In this document: positions 1 to 12,620 of the stretch, in pieces
Position numbering within the stretch: position 1 is the stretch's first letter
Layout: every line of letters starts with the position of its first letter
The notes under the pieces: generated by a model
Databases searched by the model: none
What the model was told of the DNA's origin: nothing
What the model saw: the letters and a program-made list of their open reading frames with translations, nothing else
Program-made: the position numbers and the translations under genes
From: Scyliorhinus canicula
Lineage: Eukaryota
Length of the DNA: 64,000 nt
Reading direction: 5' to 3'
Assembly: GCF_902713615.1 (NCBI RefSeq)
Contig: NC_052158.1
Coordinates: forward strand, 34,947,990 to 35,011,989

Positions 1-557
1 TGCCAATTATAGTTATTGTTGTTAATAAAAGTTAATTGTGTTTAAATTTACCAACCTGGTGACTGTAGTTAATGGTTAGCCAGAGACCAAAGACTTCAGG
101 TATTTTTAAAATTAAGAGTTAATTTCAACTGTGTTGCGACTCTGGGTCAATAGGGGCTGGAATTGACCACACACAAGTCCAGAGTGTCGTAGCCGTGTTT
201 CATCTGTCATATTCTTGCCCACTCAAGTAGCCTGTCCAAACCCCCTGGAGGCCCACTTGCTTTACAACTCACATTCCCACCTAGTTTTGTGGCAGAGAGA
301 TGAACTTGATCCCAGGTGACTGCTGGCTCTGGATTGAATTGACCACAACAGATTAAAGGAGCTCGGCCTGACTTTAACTATCGGAAAGAAAAGCCAATCG
401 AGTAATCCAATGGGTATTTTCAGGATGGTGAATGGAGATGGGAAAACCGTTCTGGGCAAATTGTTCACCGTTTGTCGAGTGTGAATGGAAGAGGGTGAGG
501 TTAAAAAGACTAGCCTCCAGCAAAGGGAAAGAAAACGTTACCAACAGACAAAATACC

Positions 558-1473
558 TGATATAAATGGTGTTGCTCGTTATGCTCTCTCCTTAATTGGC
601 TCTGTTTATGGCGGTTAATATGGTCGCCGTCCTTAATTCTAATGTTTGCTCAAGTGTCGCCAGGTATCTTTTCGATACCGCCACAAGGTTCAAAACCGAA
701 TACTGATCAAAGACTCGATACACCAGTTAGTAAGTTCAAAATCAATACTCATTTATTCACACACACAGTCAATTATACTCATGCACAAACTCTACTAACT
801 AAACTATCACTACTACTAAAAGCCTATACTTAGCTTCGGGTGCCCACTCAGTCAGAGGAACAATGGCCATTGTCCGGTTCTGAGGCTGTTGGCATCGAAC
901 TTGTATAGAATAATAGCTAGGAGCGTCTATCTCGTAGCGTGCGTTGACTTTGGGACTTACTTGTCTGGTGCAGCTGCTAGGCAGGCCTCTCGTCGCTGAG
1001 GGCCAAGGCCAAAGAGAGCGATTCTCTCTTTGGGGGCTTCCTCTTATACCCAAAGGGGGCTTTGCGCGCTTTTGGGCGGGCCTTGAACTTGGTCCCAATT
1101 AATTGGACCGTATCCTGATCATTGGTATCCAATTTCCTCCAATAAAGGAGTGGCTGCCCTGATTGCTGGGCGGGCCCTAGGTGGCCGTTGGCCTGCTTTG
1201 TTCTAGTCTCCTCTGGCGCCGGGGTGTCTGCTTTGGTATTGTTTGCTTAAATGTTACTCTTTTGTACCCGGAGATGGCTCATTAGTATGCTAATGAATTT
1301 GCAGTATCGGTCTTGTCTGGGAGCTACAGCTCCAATCAACAGACAAACCTTGCACCTGCTTGCTTTCTCAGCATTGTCAATTTTTCCCTTCATTCTCTGC
1401 AAGTGTCCATTTTGTAATCGGGACATGGCCACCCCTGGTGATTACAAAGGCCACAAGTGTTTTTTCTACGTCA
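558..1473. mobile_element. LTR-like interspersed repeat, related to the copy at ~41029-41930
   Basis: Shares long blocks such as GTCGCCAGGTATCT..GATACCGCCACAAGGTTCAA with 41110 onward; TG...CA ends; no clear TSD. Confidence 0.5.
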
Positions 1474-3190
1474 AGGAAGGGGTGGAGGATTTGGTGAACT
1501 TTGGGTAGATGCAGCTGGGTTTAATGCCGTTTCACCTCCGGGGACGTGACTACGGAGTGAAGTCGCCAGTGTATACACACACCGGTCATCACCAACTAAC
1601 TTACCAAGTACAACTCCAAGTGAGGAGCCCAGAACCCTGATCCCCATCCCTCGTGTGCTGTCACACAACCAACATGGCTCCCAAGGGTACACGGCACGAG
1701 TCATCATTTAAAAAAAAATTCAAAGTACCCAATTCTCCCCCCCCCCCTGCAATTTAGCAGGGCCAATCCACCTGCCCTTGTGAGGAGTGCTGATCACTGC
1801 GCCACCGTGCATAAAGGCCTGCACAACCACCTTGCTTGATATTCTGTTACTGTTGTGCTTGACGATTAATGTTGATGTTGCTTGGTCGTACAGGACTCAA
1901 ATATTGCTGAAGGGAGAAACAAGGTGCCACAGTTTTACACCTTGGCCTCATCGGCACAAACACAAGAATGCCAAATATCCAACCATCGCAGCAATTTATA
2001 ATTAACTGTTAACAAGCAATACAAATATGACAATTACGATGAAATGTTGGGATCATTTGAAATTTAGCTTTCTGGTGTTTGTCATTATAAACGGGGCTTG
2101 TTGTGGTGCAGTGGTTAGCACTGCTGCCTCACAGAGCCGATGACCCGGGTTCGATCCTGGCTCCGGGTCACTATCCGTGTGGAATTTGCACATTCTCCCG
2201 TGTCTGCATGGGTCTCACCCCCACAACCCAAAGATGTGCAGGCAGGGTTGGTTACATTGCACATTAATTGGAAAAATAAATAAATAAATGGGCTTGTTTG
2301 AAATTTTATATTCTTGCATTTGACATTAGAAACTGAGATTGTTTGAAATTGGGTGTTCCTGTGTTTGTAATCATAAATTGTCATCGTTTGAAATTTGGCA
2401 TTCTTGTGCTTGTCCTGATGAATCCAACATAAAAAACTTCGGCAACATGTCTATCTTTTTCACCAATAATATGAATGTCAGATAAGTATTAGCTTCTCAG
2501 ATGATTATTATGATTGTGTAGCATATTCGATTTTTTTAAACACACGTGTTTCTTTGCAGTATTAATTTTTAGAATGTGAAAATACTTTTGTTTCTGGCAT
2601 GAATCAATAATTTATTCCTGATGTTTAATTTAAAAAATGAATGCAAATAAACTTCTATATATAACAATAATATTAATCTTTAATATTGTCACAAGTCAGC
2701 TTACATTAACACTGCAATGAAATTACTGTGAAAAGCCCCAAGCCGCCACACTCCGCCATCTGTTCGGGTACACAGAGGGAGAATTCATAATATCCAAATC
2801 ACCTAACAGCACATCTTTCGGGATTTGTGGGAGGAAACAGGAACACCAGGAGGAAACCGACGCAGACATGGGGAGAATGTGCAGACTCCGCACAGAGAGT
2901 GACCCAAGCTGGAAATCGAACCTGGGACCCAGGCGCTGTGAACAAGAGTGCTAACCATTGTGCCACCGTGCCGCCTATTTAGCTGTGAAAAAACTTCAAA
3001 GTATTTATACGTTCCACAAGTTTCCATTAAATCTGATGAATTTTTTTTGGGTGAAAGCGAGAGGGGTCGGAGCCAACAGGTGGTCAGAATATTCTCTGCC
3101 ATGGCCCAAACGTTTGAGCACTGCGTGAGAGAGTTATCAGGCCAGGATATTGGGTGTAAAGTTCCTGAAGCCAGCATCGCCATCTCCTAC

Positions 3191-3387
3191 CTGAATGTCA
3201 GCCACAAGCTTGTGGACGCTCTTCGAGGACGTCACGTCCGTGATGAACACAGAGTGCTGCTGTTGATCGGAGGATAGGCTCCGCAGTGTCTCGGCAGCCG
3301 CACCTTCATCAATATCCACCACTGCCACTGAGGCTCCGTCTTTAGCAAACCGCTGGCAGACAGCTCGCCCAATCCCGCTGCCACCAC
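3191..3387 (-). CDS. HSD17B8: HSD17B8 coding exon 2
   Basis: TTTGTAG acceptor and GTAGGA donor; encodes GGGSGIGRAVCQRFAKDGASVAVVDIDEGAAAETLR...DVTSSKSVHKLVADIQ, ending in phase 0 as I recall for human exon 2. No later exon found in the window. Confidence 0.88.
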
Positions 3388-3419
3388 CTACAAAGTCACG
3401 CAGGACATAAATAAACCTA

Positions 3420-3900
3420 ACCGAGACCAACACTGTGCCCCACGTTAACACTGAGGGACACGGCGCAATAGTACTACAGTATCGGGCCAGCAGGGAGCAG
3501 AGGTGGAAGGAGAGGGAAAGGGAGTTGAAAACCAAGGGAAGGGGAGTGAAAAACGAGAGAAAGCAAGGAAAAGAGAGTGAAAGAGAATGAGTGAGTGATA
3601 GCAAGAGAGAAAAAGTGAGAGAGAGAAAAAGGAAGAGAGAGAAAAGTGGGAGAAAGGGAGAGAGAGTGAGTGAAAGGGTAACAACGAGAGAGGAGAGTGG
3701 GAGAGAGCACGAGAGAGATGGAAAGGGAGAGTGTTTCTGGTAGAATGGGGGAGTGGAGAAAGGACTGGTGAGAATGGCAGTAGAAGGGGCAGAGTGGCAG
3801 TAGAAGGGGCAGCAAGAGTGGCAGTAGAAGGGGCAGCGAGAGTGGCAGTGAGAGTGGACGACAGTGAAAGTCAAGGGGTAAATTGGGGTGGAGGGTGCTG
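3420..3900. repeat. GA-rich low-complexity tract plus short GAGTGGCAGTAGAAGGGGCA repeats in HSD17B8 intron 1
   Basis: Visible purine-rich tract and about three repeat copies at 3770-3850. Confidence 0.8.
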
Positions 3901-4226
3901 AAGGAGAGATAGTGGTTTATAATGGGCAAGGTACCATCATGAGCTGAGAGTCAGCATTGAATGGGTGAAGGGATAGGACGGAGCTAAGGGTGTGGATGAG
4001 ATGGGAAGGGATACTCAGTGTCTCACTCCCCCTGAGTGCTCCTTCTCTGTGTCTGTAAGCGTACAGGGGGTTGAGGCTGAATTCTGCGCCAGGCGCACAC
4101 TCAGTGATTGGGAGACGCTCCCAAGGACTTTGACCTTTGCCCCGCTCCATTGTGACGTAACAGCAGTTGGGCTCAGTCGAGCGCCGCTCCATTCCCATAT
4201 TTCATGCTATTGATATTCAAAATTAC

Positions 4227-4275
4227 CTGTCACCAGCGCGAGCCGCGAGCTGAGCCTCAGCGTCGGTGCCGCCAT
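4227..4275 (-). CDS. HSD17B8: HSD17B8 (KE6; SDR family) coding exon 1, MAAPTLRLSSRLALVT(G)
   Basis: ATG at 4275, 49 nt ending at a phase-1 GTAATT donor; resembles the HSD17B8 N-terminus (LRSALALVTG) and joins exon 2 to form the TGGGSGIG Rossmann motif. Confidence 0.85.
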
Positions 4276-4410
4276 GACAGCAGAGGCTGGGGGAGGGGGA
4301 AGGGAGGAGCCTCAGGGAAGGGATGCGCCTGCGCACACTCACCCGCTGCGGGACGGCTCCCTGCAGCGCTACTGGGAGAGACGAGGTGGCGGCCGGAACT
4401 GCAGCTTCCT
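4276..4410 (-). promoter_or_regulatory. GC-rich HSD17B8 promoter/5'UTR with NRF1-like and ETS-like motifs
   Basis: TGCGCCTGCGCA at 4324-4335 and CCGGAA near 4392, directly upstream of the ATG. Confidence 0.45.
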
Positions 4411-4527
4411 CCAAGTGACTGCAATTCACCTGGCATTGAAGTTGGCAATGGGTAGGAGTGGCAGAGATAGATAGGTTATTGATCAATGTGAGGTTCAGAG
4501 GTTACAAGGAGGATGAGAAACATATCA

Positions 4528-4830
4528 GCAGCACGGTAGCACAGTGGTTATCACTGTGCTTCACAGTGCCAGGGTCCCAGGTTCGATTCCCGGCTTGGGT
4601 CACTGTCCGTGTGGAGTCTGCACGTTCTCCCCATGTCTGAGTGGGTTTCCTCCGGGTGCTCCGGTTTCCGGTTAGGTGGATTGGCCATGCTATATTGCCA
4701 CTTAATGTCCAAAAAGGTTCGATGAGGTTACGGGGATAGGGTGGAGGTGTGGGCTTAAGTAGGATGCTCTTTCCAAGAGCCGGTGCAGACTCGATGGGCT
4801 GAATGGCCTCCTTCTGCACTGTAAATTCTA
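4528..4830 (+). mobile_element. tRNA-derived SINE (HE1-like), representative copy
   Basis: GCAGCACGGTAGCACAGTGG (box A) ... GGTTCGATTCCC (box B), conserved body and TTCTATGA tail; about 30 related copies in the window. Confidence 0.85.
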
Positions 4831-7800
4831 TGATTATATGATGATTGAATGGTGGAGCAGATCACAGTGGAGCCGTGAGGCAGCAGTGCAAACCACTGCG
4901 CCACCGTGCTGCCCCAGATTGGAGAAGTTAGGTCTGCTTTACCGAGTGAAAAAAAGGCTGAAGAGAGGAGGTATTCCAAATCATGAAGGGCCTGGAGAGA
5001 GTAAATAAAGAGAGAGAGCGAGACACAGTTACCACCCGTGAAAGGATCTGAAGTAATTAGTAAAAGAAGCAAAAGCGACATGAGCCAAACAAGGGCCAAG
5101 GGCCAAACGGCCTAATTCTGCTATATCTTATGGCAGGGTCCCCCAAAAGTGCCCGTGGGGTTGGAGAGGGACCAAGCCACCACCCCCTCCAACTTCATCG
5201 TGGGATGCTTGGGATTCTTAAAGTCAATGGCTCTCCAAATTTCCCCGTCCCGCCGGCCTCGATGTTCCGCCGGCATCGGTGGCTGCGGCAAAATCCGCGC
5301 CTGTAGAATCATATCGAATGGACAGGAAACAGAGTAATGGCCAATGGATATATTTCGGCCTGTTAAAGTGGTGTTCTACAGTGGTTGGTGTCAGGACCCT
5401 TTTGCTTTTCCCTATGTATATTAATGATCCATCATGAGCTAAGAGTCAGTATTGACTGGGTGAAGGGATAGGACAGAGCTAAGGGTGTGGATGAGATGGG
5501 AAGGGATACTCAGTGTCTCACTCTCCCTGAGTGCTCCTTCTCTGTGTCTGTAAGCGTTCAGGGGGTTCAGGCTGAATTCTGGGGATAGTTGCAAAATTTG
5601 TGGGTGAGACATTACCTGGAAGCATTGCAAACTGTGAGGACAGTGTAAAATATTCCATAGAATCCCACAGTGCTGAAGGAGGCCATTATTGAGTCGGCAC
5701 TGGCCCACTGACCACTGAAGGAGCACCCGACCTCGTCTCACTCCCTTTCCCCATCACCATAACCTAACCGTTGGACACTATGGGTCAATTTAGCATTGTC
5801 AATCCACCCTACCTGCACATCTCTGGACTGGGAGGAAAACGGAGCACCGGGAGAAAGCCCACGCAGACACGGGGAGAAGGTACAACCTCCACACAGTCAC
5901 CCAAGTTCGGAATTGAACCTGTGCCCCTGGTGCCGTGAGGCAGTAGTGCTAACCACTGTGCCACCGTGCCATCCCCTTCAAAAGGATACCGCTAAATTAG
6001 TGAGATGGGTGGATAAATGACAGCGGAAGTACAATGCAGAAAAATATGAGGTGATTCATTTTCACAGGAAGAATCCAGGCAGTGTAAAATTAATTTTTTG
6101 CAATTAAGGGGCAATTTAGCGTGGCCAATCCACCTACCCTGCACATCTTTTGGGTTGTGGGGGCGAAACCCACTCAAACACTGGGAGAATGTGCAAACTC
6201 CACACAGACTGTGACCCAGAGCTGGGATCGAACCTGGGGCCTCGGCGCCTTGAGGCTGCAGGGCTAACGCACTGTACCACCGTGTTGCCCAGACAGCGTA
6301 AAATAAAGGGTTCAGCTGAAACCGGAGTACAGGAACAGAGGGACCTGGATGTATCTGTGCAGAAGCGGTTGGGAGAATGATTAATAATACATATAGTATT
6401 GTATGCTTTATTAATGGGGCATGGATTATAAATGCAAAAAGGTTATGTTGTGTACGACACTCGATCAGCCACTGCTGGAATATTGCATCCAGTTCTGGGC
6501 CTTGTACTTTCGGAAAGAAGTTAAGTAATTGGAGAGAGTGCAGGAAAGATTCACTGAGATTAGTTCCTGGGGTGAGGAACTTCAGTATTGAAGACAAATT
6601 GGAGAAGTTATTTTAAAATTTAGAGTACCCAATTCTTTTTTCCCAATTAAGGAGCGATTTAGCGTGGCCAATCCCCCTACCCCGCACACCTTTGGGTTGT
6701 GGGGGCGAGACCTACGCAGGCACGGGGGAGAAAATGCAAACTAACCACACGGACAGTGACCCGGGGCTGGGTTCAAACCTGGGTCCTCAGCGCCGTGAGG
6801 CAGCAGTGCTAACCACTGCGCCACCGTGCTGCCCCAGATTGGAGAAGTTAGGTCTGCTTTACCGAGTGAAAAAAAGGCTGAAGAGAGGAGGTATTCCAAA
6901 TCATGAAGGGCCTGGAGAGAGTAAATAAAGAGAGCGAGACACAGTTACCACCGGTGAAAGGATCTGAAGTAATTAGTAAAAGAAGCAAAAGCGACATGAG
7001 GAAAATCTTTCTCCTGCAGCAAGTGGCGATGGTTTGGAATGTACTGCCTGAGAGTGTGGTGGAGGGGGGTTCAATTGAAATATTCAAAACGGAATTGAAG
7101 TGTTATTGGCAAAAGTAGCATGAGCCAAGATCACGGAGAGAAGGCGGAGTTATGGCATTGGGTAAATTGCTCATTCTGAGGATTGGTGCTGCTGCGATGG
7201 GCCAGGTGGCCTCCTTCTGCGCGTAACGATTCTGGTGACAGGACAGAATGAGTATCATTCAGCGATTCCACCAATGCCACACGTCTTTATCCTGTAGTCC
7301 TGCAGATTTTAACCACAGCCTCGACTCGCGAACATAAATAGCATAACCAGCTAAGAGATTGTCCCTTAATTTGACATTTTGCCGCGTCCCTTAAGTGACA
7401 CCTTTTGTCCTGTTTTTTCAGCCAGCCAGTGATTGATCCTGGGAGTCTCCTCTTGCTGTTGTGTCTCTCTTTCTTCTTGTGAGAATGCAACACACCCTGC
7501 CCCCCAAACTAACTCACTGACCCACGACTCTTAGGGTCACCAGCAACACCCCCGATGCACGATCAATTGCACAAAAGATCAGATTGGTACAACTGTGGCT
7601 TTATTACAGTCAGATGCGTGGCCTCCTGCTGCAGCTGGCGAAATGGCTGCTCAGAAGGAGGACACGCATATTTATACGGCTACTTATGGGCGGAGCTAGC
7701 CGGCAGGGGCTACCGGCGAACCTGTAGTGCAGGTCCTACCTTACATCCCCTAATACAGGTGCACACAGTGATTCACCACATTCACCCCCTGTTAAAAATG

Positions 7801-7880
7801 AGTCCGGCGGGGGTGACGTGGAACTATATACAGTTTTGCAAATAATTTACAGTGGGGGGGGGGGGAATGTCCGGTGCCTG

Positions 7881-9010
7881 TCAGAGGTTCAGTCGATCCG
7901 GTGCTTTGACGGTTCGCTGGGAGCGACGTAACAGCGGCGACGATATCGGTGCTGGCGGTGCTGGCGTCGCCGACGTCAGTGTTGGCGGTGTTGGTGCTGG
8001 CCAGTAGTCGTATGACCTCGGGAGCGTGCCGAAGTCTTCCTCGTCCTCTGGCGTGGGCAGGGGAAGGAGGGATGGACCTGGTGGGGTTAATGTTGGGGGT
8101 GCCGGGGGAGGGGAGGATGGCGCGTGGGTGGGGGAGTGTGTTGGAGTGGAACCTGAGGGAGCCAGGTCCCTGAGGGAGACAGTATCTTGGCGTCCGTCGG
8201 GGAACTCCACGTAGGCATACTGGGGGTTGGCGTGGAGCAAGTGTACCCTGTCCACCAAGGGTCCGCCTTGTGGAGCCGGACATGCCTACGTAGAAGGACC
8301 AATCCTGGAGCTGTGAGCCAAGTCGGGAGCGACACCCCGGATGTGGACTTCCTAGGGAAGGTAAAAACACGTTCATGAGGTGTGCTATTTGTGGCGGTGC
8401 ACAGTAGAGACCAGATGGAGTGTAGTGCATCAGGGAGGGCCTCCTGCCAGCGAGAGGCTGGGAGATTCCTGGACCATAGGGCCAGCTGGACGGCCCTCCA
8501 TACCATCGCGTTCTCCCTCTCTACCTGCCCATTTCCCCGGGGGTTGTAGCTGGTCGTCCTGGAGGCAATACCCCCGCTGAGCAGGAACTGATGCAGCTCA
8601 TCACTCATGAATGAGGATCCCCTGTCACTGTGAATGTAGGCGGGGAAACCAAACAGAGCGAAGATTGTGTTGAGGGCTTTGATGACGTTGCAGACGTCAT
8701 ATCGGGACATGGGATGGCGAAGGGGAATCTGGAGTACTCATCGACCACACTGAGAATATACGTGTTGCGGTCGGTGGAGGGGAGGGGAGGGGCCCTTTGA
8801 AATCCACGCTGAGGCATTCAAAGGGGCGGGAGGCTTTCAGCAGGTGCGCATGGTCTGGCCGGTAGAAGTGCGTCTTGCACTCTGCACAGACCTGGCAGTC
8901 TCTGGTGACTGTCGGTACTTCCTCGATGGAGCAGGGCAGGTTGCGAGTTTTGACGAGGTGGTACAGTCGTGTGACCCCCGGGTGACAAAGGCTGTTGTGT
9001 AGGGCCCGGA
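7881..9010 (-). pseudogene. Gypsy integrase, frameshifted
   Basis: HHCC (H..LCHPG...CQVCAEC), DFKGP, IHSDRGSSF and NGQVEREN motifs split across several ORFs. Confidence 0.85.
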
Positions 9011-9297
9011 GTCGGTCTACTTATGCGCTGGCACATGTACCTTGGGATAGGGCGTCTGGGGGCTCATTATGTTTGCCGGGGCGATACAAAATCCTGTAAT
9101 TGTAGGTGGAGAGCTCGATCCTCCACCTCAAGATTTTATCATTTTTGATCTTGCCCCGCTGCGTGTTGTTAAACATGAAGGCTACCGACCGTTAGTCAAT
9201 GAGGAGAGTGAATCTCCTGCCGACCAGGTAATACATCCAATGCCGCACAGCTTCAACGATAGCTTGGGCCTCTTTTTCAATGGATGAATGCCGAATT

Positions 9298-10908
9298 TCA
9301 GAGGCGCGGAGGGTGGGAAAAGAAAACCACAGGTCTGCCTGCCTGGTTTAGAGTGGCAGCAAGGGCGACATCTGAAGTGTCACTTTCTACTTGAAAGAGC
9401 AGTGTTTTGTCTACTGCGTGCATCCCGGCCTTGGCTATATCGGCTTTGATACGGGCGAATGCATGTTGTACCTCGGCCGCGAGGGGGAATTGAGTGAACT
9501 GTATGAGTGGGCGGGCCTTGTCCGCATAGTTTGGGACCCACTGGGCGTAGTAGGAGAAGAACCCCAGGCAGCGTTTGAGAGCCTTGGGGCGGTGGGGGAG
9601 GGGAAGCTCCATGAGGGGACACATGCGGTCGGGATCGGGCCTCAGAAGTCCGTTTTGGACTACATAGCCGAGGATGGCTAGGCGGGTTGTGCTGAACATA
9701 CACTTCTCTTTATTATACGTAAGGTTGAGAAGAGTGGCGGTGCGGAGGAATTTAGCGAGGTTGGCATCGTGGCCCTGCTGGTCATGGCCGCAGATGGTGA
9801 CATTATCTAAGTACGGAAACGTGGCCCACAAACCGTACCGGTCGACCATTCGGTCCATCTCCCTTTGGAAGACCGAAATCCCGATAGTGACGCCGAAAGG
9901 AACACTAAGAAAGTGATTGAGCCGACCGTCTGCTTCGAAGGCAATGTATGGACGGTCTGATTTCCGGATGGGGAGCTGGTGGTAGGCGGATTTCAAGTCA
10001 ATTGTTGAGAAGACCCGATACTGTGCAATCTGATTGACCATATTAGATATGCGTGGGAGGGGGTACTCGTCGAGCTCCGTGTACCAATTGATGGTCTGGC
10101 TGTAGTCCACGACCATTCTGTGTTTCTCCCCAGTTTTAACCACTACCACTTGGGCTCTCCAAGGGCTGTTGCTGGCCTCGATAATACCTTCCCGATGCAG
10201 CCGCTGGACTTCGGACCTGATGAAAGCCTTATACTGTGCGCTGTACCGCCTGCTCCTGGTGGCAACGGGTTTGCAATCCGGGGTTAGATTGGCAAAGAGG
10301 GAGGGTGGGTCAACCTTGAGGGTCGCGAGGCCGCAAACGAGTGGAGGTAGGGGCCTGCCGAATTTGAGGGTGAGGCTCTGGAGATTGCACTGAAAATCCA
10401 GGCCCAGCAATAGTGCAGCGCAGAGGTTAGGAAGGATGGAGAGGCGGAAGTCGGTGAATTCTACGCCCTGGACTGTAAGAGTGACCATGCAGAACCCTCG
10501 GATGGGGACAGAGTGGGATCCGGTGGCCAGGGAGATCCTTTGATTGGCGGGGTGGACCGCGAGGGAGCAGCGCCTTACCGTATCCGGGTGTATGAAGCTT
10601 TCGATGCTCCCGGAGTCCAGCAGGCAAGAGGTCACGTGGCCGTCGAGTTTCACCGTTGTGGAAGCGGTGGCCAGATTGTGTGGACAGGATTGGTCCAGCG
10701 TCATCGAGGCGAGCTGCGAGTGGTCGTCAGAGGTGTCGGATGGACCCAGATCGTGATGTGTAGTTGGAGAAGACAAGATGGCGGTGTCCAGAGGTCCTGT
10801 GAGGAACAAAATGGCAGCGTCCATGGGGCGCACATTGCGGGGGCGGGACAAGATGGCGGCGCCCACTGGCCGCACGTGGCCCCGGGAGGAGAAGATGGCG
10901 GCGCCCAT
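9298..10908 (-). pseudogene. Gypsy pol fragment: aspartic protease, RT and start of RNase H
   Basis: LLDSGS protease motif; RT motifs IDLKSAYHQ, VPFG and YLDN; ESDTSD RNase H start; frame breaks at the end. Confidence 0.9.
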
Positions 10909-11149
10909 TGTGCGTTCGGCAGGGGGTGGGGGCGATTGCGGGCACGATAGTGGCTACTGCACGGGCCTGACACGCAGCTGCAAAGTGGCCCTTTTTACCA
11001 CAAGACTTGCAAGCAGCGGCGCAGACTGGGCAGCGTTAGCGGGGGTGCTTCTGCTGCCTGCAGGAGTAGCAGCGGGGACCCCCAGGGTGTGTGGATTGGC
11101 GGGCGGCGCAGGTGTATTGACTACGAAGAGCCCCAGCTGGGGGGGGGGG

Positions 11150-11731
11150 TCATTTGCGGGGTCCAGGAGGGGTAGGATGGGTGGGCTGAGGGCGAGCGGG
11201 GTAGGCCTGAAAGTTACGAGATGCGACCGTCATGGAGAGCGCTAAGATTTTGGTCTCCGCAAGGTCGAGCGTGGCCCCTTCCAGTAGTCGTTGTCGGATG
11301 GAGTCCAACGCAATCCCAGTTACGAACGCGTCGCGCATCAGGAGATTAGATTGTTTGGTGGCCGTAACGGCCTGACAGTCACAGTCCCGTATGAGTGAGA
11401 TTAGGGCCTGCCAGAAGTCTTCGATTGACTCACCAGGTAGTTGAGAGCGAGTGGCGAGTACGTGCCTGGCGAAGATTGTGTTTGATTTCTGCGCATAGTT
11501 CTCTTTTATGAGTGCCATTGCTTCCACGTAACTCAGGGCATCCTGGATCAACGGGAACACTCTGGAGCTCAACCTGGAGTATAAAACTTGAATCTTCTGA
11601 GCTTCTGTCGGCGCGGGGGTCGCAGCGTTGATGTAGGCTTCAAAACAAGCTAGCCAGTAATTGAAGTCCTTTCTGGCATCAGGCGAGTGCGGATCCAGCT
11701 GCAGGCGATCTGGTTTGATTCTGATATCCAT
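11150..11731 (-). pseudogene. Gypsy gag, N-terminal part
   Basis: ORF MDIRIKPDRLQLDPHSPD... starts just after the 5' LTR; frameshifted downstream CCHC knuckle CKSCGKKGHFAAAC at ~10970-11020. Confidence 0.85.
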
Positions 11732-12004
11732 GTCTTAGAAAATCTGACTGTAATAAATTGATGCAAGATCAATTGCACAAAGATCAGATTGGTACAACTG
11801 TGGCTTTATTACAGTCAGATGCGTGGCCTCCTGCTGCAGCTGGCGAAATGGCTGCTCAGAAGGAGGACACGCATATTTATACGACTCCTTATGGGCGGAG
11901 CTAACCGGCAGGGGCTACCGGCGAACCTGTAGTGCACGTCCTACCTCACATCTCCTAATACAGGTGCACACAGTGATTCACCACAGCCCCCCCCCCCCCT
12001 GGAA

Positions 12005-12620
12005 TTTATACAAACATATGAAATAGGAGCAGAAGTAAGCCATTCGTCCTCTCGAGCCTCCACTCCATTCAATAAGATCATGGCCGAGCTGTTTGTGTTT
12101 CAAATTCCACATTTCCCATCTCCCCCCGATAACCTTTGATTCACTTGCCCAATAAGAATCTATCTGCCTTAAGAATAGTCAGTGACCCCGCCTCCACTGC
12201 CTTCTGCGGCAGAGTTCCAAACCCACACAACCCTCTGAGAGAAAAACATTCCCCTCACCTCAAAGAGCGACTCCCTCACTTTAAAACAGTACTTAGTTCA
12301 GACTCACCCACAAGAGGTGACATCCTTTCCATGTCCACCTTATCGAGACCGTTCAGGATCTTACATACTTCAGTCAAGTCACCCCTTCACTTTTCTAAAC
12401 TCCAGTGGAAACAAACCCAGTCTGTCCAAACTTTCCTCATAAGGCAACCTGCTCATTCCAGGTATCAATCTCGTAAATCTCCTCTGAACCGCCTTCAACC
12501 CATTTACATCATTCTTAAATAAGGAGACCAAAACTGCACACAGTATTCGGGATGCGGTCTCACCAATGCCCTGTATAACTGAAGCGTAACAGCCTTACCA
12601 TGTTCAATTCCTCTCATAAT
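12005..12620 (-). mobile_element. CR1 LINE 3' fragment
   Basis: Antisense similarity to the C-terminal RT region and 3'UTR of the CR1 copy at 31245-33545. Confidence 0.7.

Larger units (their letters stand above)
7553..11985 (-). mobile_element. Full-length but decayed Ty3/Gypsy LTR retrotransposon
   Basis: Two ~228-bp LTRs (7553-7780, 11759-11985) differing by about 8 substitutions and 1 indel by eye; PPT-like AGGGGGTGAA next to the 3' LTR; order gag-PR-RT-RH-IN; several stops and frameshifts. Confidence 0.95.

Noticed and set aside
2093-2290. tRNA-like box A/B sequences here and at many other loci
   Set aside because: They are SINE heads continuing into SINE bodies; no complete cloverleaf.
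2395-2460. CTGATGA-containing Penelope-like stub
   Set aside because: Stem II and the GAAA core are degenerate, so no hammerhead can be drawn.
180-3190. Search for HSD17B8 exon 3
   Set aside because: No segment encoding the expected CAGIT..D..LL motif was found; it probably lies left of the window.
10780-10910. Four AAGATGGCGG-like (YY1-type) repeats inside the Gypsy element
   Set aside because: They fall in the low-complexity gag-protease linker and are explained as coding repeats; no evidence of regulatory use.
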